Below, piece by piece: positions 51,649 to 62,333 of a stretch of 64,000 nt of DNA. Source of the stretch: Eledone cirrhosa. Lineage: Eukaryota. The DNA is taken from the NCBI GenBank assembly GCA_964016885.1, contig OZ024741.1:65720001-65784000 (forward strand), written 5' to 3'. Each line of letters begins with the position of its first letter. Position 1 is the first letter of the stretch. The notes beneath the pieces are model-generated. The model ran no database searches. It was given only the letters and a program-made list of their open reading frames with translations, and had not been told where the DNA came from. A program made the translations under genes and the position numbers.

Positions 51649-51679
51649 TATAAAAATAAATATATCAAAGCTGTCTTAC

Positions 51680-51802
51680 CTAGTTTTATGTCAAGCTCAT
51701 CACTAGCATTTGCTGAGTAATCATACATCACTCGGCATTGGCCAATACTGCCAACACTACCTGGATACTCATAATTATTGTCAAACTCGTCATCAGAAAA
51801 CT
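51680..51802 (-). CDS. NOSTRIN: NOSTRIN-like gene exon (linker plus N-terminal half of SH3)
   Basis: ttttttccag| EFSDDEFDNNYEYPGSVGSIGQCRVMYDYSANASDELDIKL G|gtaaga, phase 1/1. Confidence 0.92.
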
Positions 51803-52261
51803 CTGGAAAAAAAAAGGACAAAAACACAGTCACATATCAAGTACATTTTTGAGAGGGAGAGATTGTAATATATATAGTATCTGGGGTTTTGGTACATTTG
51901 TGGGACTATGAATCAGCACTTGAAAAGATCCTCTCCAAGGAGCAAGCTTAGACTAGGGTTTTGTTTTATGAAGGACCAGCAGTTGACCATGAATGCATGG
52001 TAGGCAAAGGCTGATACAGCTTAACACAGGTATCATGGCAAGCATTGCTATCAGAATACAAAGGGATGGAACAGATATTGCAAAGGATTCCATCTGATGC
52101 TCTAACAATTCTGTTAATCCACTCTCTGAGACTGGTACTTTGTTTATTAAGATGGACGTAGTTGGAATGTCTTTAATTATTAACTCCTGAAAGAATGAAA
52201 TGCAAAGTTGACTCCAGCAAGATTTGAACTCAGAATGTAGAGATAGAACAAATATACGGTA

Positions 52262-52905
52262 GCTACGGAATAGGCAGACCCAGAAAAACCTGGGACGAGC
52301 TGATAAATTCCGACCTCACACACTTACACCTCTCCAAGACAATGTCACTGGACCGAGACCTTTGGCGGTACTCAGTAATAGAGAAGACCCGCCTTACCTA
52401 AATACAAAGTAAAACCTACTACAGTCAGTAGGCATCTCTAACAAAATACACCCCCGTCCCACCACCCCCACCCCATCCACACCGCCCCTTTCAATGTAAA
52501 GTTATGTTGGTGCCACAACATCCAGGCCGAAACAAATGAGATCGTGTAGGTGTCACGACAAAAAAACACACAGTTCACGCTGTAATGTGGCCGTGTAGGC
52601 AACACGGTAAAAACCTCCCAGCCCCACACTGTAAATGTGGTTGGTGTTAGGAAGGGCATCCAGCTGTAGAAAACCCGCCAGACAGTCCACGCTGTAATGT
52701 GGCCGTGTAGGCAACACGGTAAAAACCTCCCAGCCCCACACTGTAAATGTGGTTGGTGTTAGGAAGGGCATCCAGCTGTAGAAAACCCGCCAGATAGTCC
52801 TATGCGAGCAAGATAATCACTCTTGCCTCAAGTGGGACTACCCCCGTCCAAACCCATGCAAGCGTGGAACACGGACATTAAACGTTGATGATGATGATGA
52901 TGATG
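52262..52905 (+). mobile_element. 3' copy of an RTE with extended UTR and an internal 115-bp tandem duplication
   Basis: GRPRKTWDELI..DL followed by two copies of the aggaagggcatccagctgtagaaa module and a (gat)n tail. Confidence 0.85.
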
Positions 52906-53110
52906 ATTGTTAACGGTGTCGGATTTACCATTGTGCTTCAGTGTGCTTAATAACAGGGCACCGTTGGCCAAGGGGTTTATTTTCCTGCCAAAAATTTTTT
53001 CACCAGGCGTACCTCCTTCAGGGGCCTCATTTGTCCTAAATCCAATACTGATTGTTAAACATTCTATTCAACACTAACAACTCTATTACTGTATACACTC
53101 AAATATATAT

Positions 53111-53307
53111 TACTGTATATACTCGAATATAAGCTGATACCCCTATTTTATGCCTGAGAAATAGGCAAAAATCCAAGCCCCATTTATAAGCCGAGGCAGC
53201 TAATCAACACATTATGTTTAGATCGCAAATATAAACTGACCCCTGCATTTTACCATCGATTTTTTTTTTATCACATATTCTTTGGCTTATATTCAAGTAT
53301 ATACGGT
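53111..53307. mobile_element. Tc2/pogo-like MITE
   Basis: TIRs tactgtatatactcgaatataagc ... gcttatattcaagtatatacggt. Confidence 0.65.
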
Positions 53308-53902
53308 CATTTTTTGCCTTAATACTATATAAATGTATGCATATGTTAGTGTGTAATGTGAAAGTGGGGAATTACTGCCATTACTGAAATGAATTATCTT
53401 AACTCTTAACATCCTGTAATAATTTAGTAGAATATGTCTTAAAAACAGGTTTGTAAATTCAAATGTTTATAATATTTTCACTAGTGGACAGATAGTGAAA
53501 AACTTGCAGTATTAGAGTGAAGGTTTTAATATTTAATGTCATGCAGTCTTAGCGCTGTTTTGTACTTTCCAAGAGTGCCTTGTTAATACAGTTTTATGTG
53601 GTGCAGGATGATAAGAGTTAAATGGTGCACATGTGTGTAGAAAGACTCCAAATTATATGAAACCAGCAGGACTGTTGCAATGAAACAATGGAGGCAAACC
53701 AGGAAAGAGAGGACTAGTAGTCTTCTAGGTTATGATTACTCCCCCTTTTTTTTGTCTCAACTGAGTACATTCTTTCAATGCAAAGGATTAGTCTCATCAA
53801 CCTTCTGCTCTACCACACTAATGTCTGTTTTACCTCTGAATTACATAAGAGGTCTTAAGTTGACAGACAAACAACACATAACACACATCATTATCATTTA
53901 AT

Positions 53903-54298
53903 CCGGTGGATTGGCAGTATCGGTAGAGGGTCGGACGCCATGCTTTCCAGCATAGTTACGTCCCTTTACGATATAAGTTCAAATCCCGCCGAGGTTGACT
54001 TAGCCTTTCATCCTTACGGGGTCGATAAAATAAAGTACCAGTAATGCACTGGGTAATTGCTGGCCTTGTGCCTAAAGTAGAAACAATTATCATTTAATGT
54101 CTGGATTAATGGTGGATTGGCAGTATCGGTAGAGGGTCAGACGCCATGCTTTGACGCATATAGTTACAGCCCTTGCCATTCTGAGTTCAAATCCCGCCAA
54201 GGTTAACTTTGCCTTTCATCCTTACGGGGTCGATAAAATAAAGTACCAGTAATACACTGAGTAATTGCTGGCCTTGTGCCAAAAGTAGAAACAATTAT
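53903..54298 (+). mobile_element. Two tandem young Nin/Deu-like tRNA SINEs
   Basis: Two ~190-bp full-length copies separated and flanked by attatcatttaat. Confidence 0.9.
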
Positions 54299-54667
54299 CA
54301 TTTAATGTCTGTTTTCTCTGCTAGCAAGGGTTGGGTGGGTTTTCACAGACCAAGTCAGTACTTAATCAGAGCTGCTGATTTCTCAAACGGGTCAGGGGCC
54401 TGATCTCACTGCATCCTATTCTGCACTCTACTGTGTGCACTTGGTGCATTTTATTTTGGCACTAGGGAGGTTGTCAAGTCTATGACACAGCTGTGTCACT
54501 CTGCCTGTGAAGACTTTTCCAACTCTTGCTAGCAGAGAAAGTTTGGGATGATGCTTATCATAGTCTCACTAAGAAACGTTCAACTAATCACAATGGTGTT
54601 GGTATTCACTTTCACTACTACTTATTTCATAAACAGAATTTTACCATTTTAACTGTGATCTTGTTTA

Positions 54668-55684
54668 GCCCACTACTCCGATGATGAGTGTGAGTGTGCT
54701 GTGTAAGTTAGTGAGGGGAAGAGGGACAGTGCTCATCATCATATGCCCCACTACTCCGATGATGAGTGTGAGTGTGCTGTGTAAGTTAGTGAGGGGAAGA
54801 GGGACAGTGCTCATCATCATATGCCCCACTACTCCGATGATGAGTGTGAGTGTGCTGTGTAAGTTAGTGAGGGGAAGAGGGACAGTGCTCATCATCATAT
54901 GCCCCACTACTCCGATGATGAGTGTGAGTGTGCTGTGTAAGTTAGTGAGGGGAAGAGGGACAGTGCTCATCATTATATGCCCCACTACTCCGATGATGAG
55001 TGTGAGTGTGCTGTGTAAGTTAGTGAGGGGAAGAGGGACAGTGCTCATCATCATATGCCCCACTACTCCGATGATGAGTGTGAGTGTGCTGTGTAAGTTA
55101 GTGAGGGGAAGAGGGACAGTGTTCATCATTATATGCCCCACTACTCCGATGATGAGTGTGAGTGTGCTGTGTAAGTTAGTGAGGGGAAGAGGGACAGTGC
55201 TCATCATTATATGCCCCACTACTCCGATGATGAGTGTGAGTGTGCTGTGTAAGTTAGTGAGGGGAAGAGGGACAGTGCTCATCATTATATGCCCCACTAC
55301 TCCGATGATGAGTGTGAGTGTGCTGTGTAAGTTAGTGAGGGGAAGAGGGACAGTGCTCATCATTATATGCCCCACTACTCCGATGATGAGTGTGAGTGTG
55401 CTGTGTAAGTTAGTGAGGGGAAGAGGGACAGTGTTCATCATTATATGCCCCACTACTCCGATGATGAGTGTGAGTGTGCTGTGTAAGTTAGTGAGGGGAA
55501 GAGGGACAGTGCTCATCATCATATGCCCCACTACTCCGATGATGAGTGTGAGTGTGCTGTGTAAGTTAGTGAGGGGAAGAGGGACAGTGCTCATCATTAT
55601 ATGCCCCACTACTCCGATGATGAGTGTGAGTGTGCTGTGTAAGTTAGTGAGGGGAAGAGGGACAGTGCTCATCATTATATGCCC
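54668..55684. repeat. 78-bp minisatellite, 13 nearly identical copies, intronic in NOSTRIN
   Basis: Unit gccccactactccgatgatgagtgtgagtgtgctgtgtaagttagtgaggggaagagggacagtgctcatcat(c/t)atat. Confidence 0.98.
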
Positions 55685-55902
55685 TCCCAGATTATTGAGT
55701 TTGAAGTAGATGAAGTCCAATATCAACAGCCCAAGGACCTGGTGATAGTGGGGGTGTTAACCTGGGTGGGTAGTATGCGAAGCATAGCTGGTGTGTATCT
55801 GTCTGTGTGTGGGTGTGTGCGTGTGTGTATACATAATTTTGTTGCACAATTTACAAGTAATAAAGAAAAAAAAAAGAATGTAAAGAAAGGTTGAAGAAAA
55901 AC

Positions 55903-56041
55903 CTTCTTGGTCGAAATCGTCATACGGCGATACAGGAGGAGAAAGCTCCACACTGCCAGTGCTATGAGAACTGGCTATATATGAGTTGCCAGCTTCTAAT
56001 GCTATATTGAGAGGAAGTCGAAGTGTTGATGTTGGAATGCC
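55903..56041 (-). CDS. NOSTRIN: NOSTRIN-like gene exon (linker between HR1 and SH3)
   Basis: tttattttcag| GIPTSTLRLPLNIALEAGNSYIASSHSTGSVELSPPVSPYDDFDQE G|gttttt, phase 0/1, which fits both neighbouring exons. The donor is weak. Confidence 0.8.
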
Positions 56042-56682
56042 CTGAAAATAAAGAGATAATTTGCATTAGAAAAAGGCTCAAGTGGAAGAAAATACCACAA
56101 GGTATTTTTGTTTGACACGCCGGTTTATTGACAATTTTCTCATTGATGTATATATATTTCTTTGATATACACACACACACACACACGCACATATGATGGC
56201 TTCCATAATGTTTCATCATTATCATCATTTTTATATTGACCTCTCCATGGGTTAGACAATGTTTTATAGCTGGATGCCCTTCCTGACAGATGACTATAGT
56301 AAAAACCCAATGTACGTCAGACATTAATTAGCTACCATGTATAGGACTATTATTCTATTACTTTTTTTTATTGGTTTCACTTAGTTGACTGCCATGCTGG
56401 AGCAGTACCTTGAATTTAATCAGTCATATTATCTGCAGTAATACTTTTTTCATCAAACTCTTTTTATTGAACTGCTAGGTTGTAGGACATACATATATAT
56501 CGAAGATATATCATAAGAATTGAAGAAAAAGAACTATGATATAATATATTAGATGCCTATAGTTGAAACGAAGAGTGCTCAATACTTAGAGATGCAATGT
56601 TAAATATTATAGTGAGGTTAATATTTAATGAGAGTTAAATACAGAGGGAAGCAGAGCGGGTATAAACAAAACTATATGGAGA

Positions 56683-57016
56683 AGAAGGCAATACATTTAA
56701 AAACAAGATTTACTTCTTACACTGTGTTTCATCTATAAGTACAATTACAATACAACAGGTCGACATATATGTGTGTACTTATATATTACAATATTATACC
56801 ATTAATGTGTAGCTTTGCTTTGCTGTCATACGGATTGGACTTTCCCTCCAGCAATATCTTTAAAGACAAAAATGTTTCTTCTCTGAAGAGTCTTAAGTAC
56901 ATAAATATTGTAATATATAAGTACACACATATATGTCGACCTGTTGTATTGTAATTGTACTTTTAGATGAAACACAGTGTAAGAAGTAAATCTTGTTTTT
57001 AAATATATTGCCTTCT
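56683..57016. mobile_element. Penelope-like fold-back element (~110-bp arms) in a NOSTRIN intron
   Basis: 56683-56795 is the reverse complement of about 56904-57016. Confidence 0.85.
56878..56986 (+). ncRNA. Type I hammerhead ribozyme with elongated stem II (candidate)
   Basis: CTTCT-CTGAAGA-GTCTtAAGTACA...TGTACTTttAGAT-GAAA-CACaGTG-TA^-AGAAG. The core is complete, stem I is a perfect 5 bp, the base of stem II pairs, and stem III is quasi-palindromic. Confidence 0.8.
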
Positions 57017-57023
57017 CCGTATA

Positions 57024-57585
57024 TTGCAATCGAAAGGTTGTGAGTTCAATTCTCAGATCGGGTGATGTGTTGTGTCCTTGAGCAAGACACTTTATTTCAC
57101 ATTGCTCCAGTTTACTCAGCTGTAGAAATGAGATGATAGGACTGGGGTCCATATCATTCCACTGCAAAGTGGGCGTGGAGGTGCCACGGCAAAAAAGCAC
57201 CCAGCACTCACTGTAAATGAGGTTGGTATTAGGAAGGGCATCCAGCTGTAGAAATCAAGCCAGAATCAGTTCCCCTCCCACCCTTGCAAGCAGGGAAAAG
57301 CAGACGTAAACCGGTGATGATGATATCACCTTGACCGACCAGTCTGTCAGGCGCCAGCCGGCGCCGCTGGTCACAGCACGTCGTGCTGTTTTAGCCATAA
57401 GATAACGCCATCCCACTGGCTGGGCGGGCAGGCCGGTACTCATTTCTACAGCTGAGTAAACTGGAGCAACATGAAATAAAGTGTCTTGCTCAAGGAAACA
57501 ACACATCACCCGGTCCGAGAATTGAACTCACAACCTTTCGATTGCAAGTCCAATGCTCTAACCACTAAGCCATGCGCCTTCACAA
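57024..57585. mobile_element. Tail-to-tail inverted pair of CORE-type SINEs
   Basis: 57024-57132 (+) and 57438-57546 (-) are near-identical head/CORE segments, each with a different tail. Confidence 0.85.
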
Positions 57586-58099
57586 TGATGATATATGATG
57601 GGTTAATGAAGTTTCTGTTTGCAAAAGTTCACTCACGAAGCATTGGTCAACGTGAAGCTATAATAATAGAACCAACTGGTTTTGAGGCAAATTCCTTAGC
57701 CACTCAGCCATGGCTGTGCCCATATTCTTTATCTTATTCTATACTCTTGAGGGATATCAATCACTGAAATGTGGCCTTGTTGGAGACCACTCCCAAAAGA
57801 CTTATACAGTCAATTATAACAACTCCCATTCCTTACCAGAATTTTATTGTATTTTACATATTTTAACCCTTTGGAACAGCAGTTCCCAAAATGGGTTCTG
57901 TGAAAAAAGTATAGGAGTATATTTATATTATGAACAGTATTAGACTTTGGGGAAACCCTGCTCTGGAAGGATAAATAATGATGATGACAGCAGCAGTGAC
58001 AATGATGAGAAAGAGAGCAAGAGAAAGTAGAGAAATAGCTATGATCTATTGATCCAATAAAAGTTGGTGTATCATTTGTCTTCAAATTATTAACCATAC

Positions 58100-58228
58100 C
58101 TGTTTGTCCTTTAATGTTTCTATGTATGGAATAAACCGATGGTTTGGTTTGCTAGCACCGTTTATCACAGATAATGCAGTGGTTAACTTTATATGGCTGG
58201 CTTCAAGGAAATTCAGTGTGAATGTAAC
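58100..58228 (-). CDS. NOSTRIN: NOSTRIN-like gene exon (end of HR1 domain)
   Basis: tttattacag| VTFTLNFLEASHIKLTTALSVINGASKPNHRFIPYIETLKDKQ |gtatgg resembles vertebrate NOSTRIN LDLLEANSYKLSSML...PQPSHP, phase 0/0. Confidence 0.88.
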
Positions 58229-58329
58229 CTGTAATAAAGCAAATACATAAGGTCATTTATACATATTACTCACAAACACTCTCCCTGTGTGTGTGTGTGT
58301 GTGTATGTGTGTGTGTGTGTGTGTGTGTA

Positions 58330-59305
58330 TCTATATACATAAATGGCAATTTCTGTCTGTTTGTGAACCTAAAACTCAAAAACTACCAAACCGATTTTGA
58401 TGAAACTTGACACATGTGTGGGGCTCATGCCCATTTGATTTCTTACGTACTTTGAAGTTAAAAAAAAATCAATAATTTCCAGCCTGCATCGATTTTTTAA
58501 AAATGAATAGGAAATTTGTATGCAAATGCTCATATGAATGTTATTTTCTGCCATAACTTTTAAAGCTCTCAACCGATTTCCTTCAAACTTGAAACACAGA
58601 TTATGTGCTAAGGATGGCTTTTTGTTAAAATTATCCAGAGCAAAGCACAAGCTGATTTTTGATTAACCGATGAGCGAAATTTGGCTTTAGCTGTTGTGGG
58701 CTTAAGTGTTCTCCATAAATCAGCTTAATATTCTCTGCTTGCTTTAACATTTATTTTCTCACCACCTGCAACAAAGATTATCAATTCTAAAGTTTGCACA
58801 GTTGCTGAAAACAATCGATAGTTCATTCTCACGCTAAGCGTAACTATATAAACACACATCTTATTAAGGGTAATCTGCCAACTTCACCCGAGTTTGTAAG
58901 TTTACAAGCTCCATTAGAGATATATCTTCTTTCTAATTTGTTGAACGATTATGTATTTGTGGGCCTTATAGCATTGAGGCAGCACTCCCCTGATCTGACC
59001 AACAGTTTGTCGCCTTACTAATCCAGCAGTTATTGTAAGTCTTCAGTTTCTCTTGAAAAAAATTCTCAACATATCCCACAGTTCTATTTTTTTCCTTATA
59101 GCAACACTCAACTTCTCTGACAAACATTTTTTCGCCTGACCAATACAAACAACAATATTTGTTTGTATTATTGTTTCGTAAATGAATTTGTCTTCACTTT
59201 TGTTTGTCCTATATTTTGATTTCATTTTTGGTCTGAGAGGCATTGGGCATTTTAATGGGACTGGGAATACCCTTGCTCCCGGGTATTACCGGGTACCTCA
59301 GCTAG
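58330..59305 (+). mobile_element. Complete non-autonomous Helitron
   Basis: A|TC 5' end, 3' hairpin cccgg-gtatta-ccggg (59278-59293), then CTAG|T. No target-site duplication. Confidence 0.85.
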
Positions 59306-60778
59306 TACATATATATATGAAAAAAATATTGCTTTTTACATAAACAATATAAAAACTGGAAAGAGGTAGGTGGAGAAGTTAAAACAGCCCAAAATACAGT
59401 AATTTATTATAATAAACAGTACAAAAGGCTGTTTCATACTTCCTTGAAAGACTTTTCAAACAAGCTTGTGTACAAAATCCTATTGTGTTAAAAATAACAA
59501 TTACGCATGAAGCAAATTATTTATTATATATATATATATGTGTAAAATTTAATTTAGAAATGGCTTCTACAGGACAAGAACTGTTTCATTCAAAGGAAAG
59601 CTTTCCTGATAATTTCCTTCAAGTGAAACAGTTCTAGTCCTGTAGAAGCCATTTCTATATTAAATTTTGTATATACTCTAACGTATTGAGTACCTTACTT
59701 GCTGTGGTTACCTCTAATTGAACCTGGAACTCACACATATATATTATTACATTAAAAGGGCGGTGGATTGGCAGTATCGGTAGAGGGTCAGACGCCATGC
59801 TTTGCAGCATAGAGTTACGCCCCTTTATGGTCTGAGTTCAAATCCCGCCGAGATTAACTTTGCCTTTCATCCTTACAGGGTCAATAAAATAAAGTACCAG
59901 TAATGCACTGGAATAATTGCTGGCCTTGTACCAAATTAGAAACAATTATTATATTAAAAGTCAGGACCTGACAACTGAGCTCTTGCTGTTTCAACAGCTA
60001 GTTCCAGACTCTGGAACTAGCTGTGGAAATGGCAAGGGCTCAGCTGTTGGGTCTCAACTTTTTATAATATAACCATACTCTACTCCCCCAATTATCATCC
60101 CTATTTCGAAGGTGAAGCATTCATTTTGCTTTTTCTAATGGCTAGAATATATGCAGCTCGCTACACCTGCATACTCATAGATTTCTCCACTAACTGGAGC
60201 AGTTGTGCCAACCCATTGTCAAATTAACAGTCAATCATCTGTGGACCCACTGGTGTTCACGGCACTGAGGTCATCTAATTAAACTGATGATCATCATGAG
60301 TTACTGCTTACTATGAAACAAGGAAGATTTTTACCAAGGCTTACTCCTATAGATCTGACCCAGTTGGACTATCCTATGATAGCCGTGAGTACTGACCTAA
60401 ACAACTAGGCTTCCCATACATAGCCCCTTCTTCAAAGCATTTCAGATTTATATATAATACAATATTTGGATGGGAAACATTTACTTTGAGAAAAGGAAAA
60501 AAGAAAAGAAAATGTTTTAACCCTTTAGCATTTAGATTACTCTATATTTACAATTATATTTTCATGGTAAAGGCTTTATCTTACATAATTATCTCACATA
60601 ATATCGAAACTATGAGATTTTGATATTTTTTATTTTGAGAACAATACCCTAACATCAGTATGAGCAGTTGGTTACAGCCAGTTTGAACAGAAAGGGGTGA
60701 GAGAATTCTGGCCGGATACAGCCGGTTTAAATGCTAAAGGGTTAAACAAAGATAGGTAAGCATTAAAAGACAGCAGAC

Positions 60779-60867
60779 CTGCATCAAACGATTCTTTGCA
60801 TCATCTTGTGCATCAAGATCTGCAAAATTCGGTCGGTCTTTGTACACTTGCAATAATTTCTCCACCC
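60779..60867 (-). CDS. NOSTRIN: NOSTRIN-like gene exon (HR1 domain); upstream exons lie outside the window
   Basis: ctgtttattgcag| GVEKLLQVYKDRPNFADLDAQDDAKNRLMQ |gtctgc matches the HR1 pattern G(L/V)E(K/R)(M/L)..(V/T)Y...P.F.D of the NOSTRIN/CIP4 family, phase 1/0. Confidence 0.88.
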
Positions 60868-62333
60868 CTGCAATAAACAGAAAGAACATCTTAGTAATTA
60901 TAGTTTATTTTGTGAAACACAAAACTAAGTATTGTATGTAGCAGTATGATAATTTTTTTAGTAGGAAATTGAGTTGAGCCTACTTAAAGGTTCCAAAAGG
61001 CAATGAATTGGCAGAGTCATTAGAATGTCAAATAGAATGTTTTATGGTATTCATTTCGGCTCTCTGCTCTCTAAGGTCAACTTTGTCTTTCAACCTTTCA
61101 AAGTCGATAAAAAAAGTACCAGTCTAGTACTGGGCTCGATTCTTCCTCAATATCTCTTTCTCACTTCTACTCTATCACTCTCTATCCTTCTCTGGAAGAA
61201 ATCTGCTGTGTTCAGACCTGGAGAGGAGATGGGCTCCACCAGGTTTAAAATGCCCAAGAAATACCATATGTTACTACGGTGCCCCTACGACTCCATCAGC
61301 GGTTATGGAACCATACCATACCAGAGGTACCAATGATGGAACTGCTACACAGTTACATGATTTGCCAGAATTAACAACCAAATCTCAATCAAATCATACT
61401 GTATGGTAATCATGCCAGAATCAAGGATGGAATTGTCAAACCTGTAACTCCTTTAACTAAAGATCTGTTCCACCATGGATGATCTGAGACTAAAACAACA
61501 AGAAAAACCTACAACATTCAGAATAGCATTAATGATTTTCAAAATAGACCCAAGACCATATTACCTGATAGAAAACATAGCTCGAAGATCCGAGAGTCAC
61601 TCCAAGTAGAGTGGCTACTTCTCCAAATTGAGAGATCACAGCTCCAATACTATGGGCATGCGGTTAGAATGTCTCAGGAAAGAATTGCTGGACAGATTTT
61701 ACAAGCAAAACCAACTGGCAAGAGACCCATTGGTAGACCCCGAGCAATATGGCTGGATAACATCCATGAGCTTGACTGGTCTCACGATTGCTTCTGACAG
61801 GACCTGCTGGAAGGAGTGTTTGAGGACTGTTCCCACGACCCTCTCAGGAATAAGTGGGCGAAGAAGAAGACCCAAGACCAGAAATGTTGATTGTGTCAAT
61901 GATACAATCAATAGAATTGACTTCATTGTATGACTTATTTTACTGGTCACAGAAGATTGAAAGGCAAAAATCAACCAGGCAGAAGATGAACTAAGGGACA
62001 CAACTATATAATAACGATAGGAAAACCAAATAAATAAAAAGTTTGATACTTCTAAAGTTCCAAATTTTTAAAACTTATTCGTGATGATATATGAAAGAAA
62101 TATTAGTTTCTTTAGACAAGGCAGAAGGTCGAATTTATTGAGGTTGGCTTATTGTTTACCTTAGTATTATACTGGTATATATTTATGGAATTCTATGGAG
62201 CAATGACAAAAAAAGGTTGATCAGTTGTAGAAAACTGTGAAAGTAATGCATTGCATCCAGTCCTGTATTCTTAACCATACACCTATATATCAATAGGAAG
62301 AGACAAAATAAATCATCCAACCATCTCAAACAG

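Noticed and set aside
54668-55684. Tandem C/D snoRNA array (ATGATGA resembles box C)
   Set aside because: There is no CTGA box D in the unit on either strand.
54665-55726. 353-aa and 342-aa repeat ORFs on opposite strands
   Set aside because: By-product of a stop-free 78-bp unit. It is intronic, shows no domain similarity, and has no codon-type divergence between units.
59545-59668. Additional hammerhead in this fold-back
   Set aside because: The core is CTGATAA and stem I cannot be paired, so it is at best a decayed relic.
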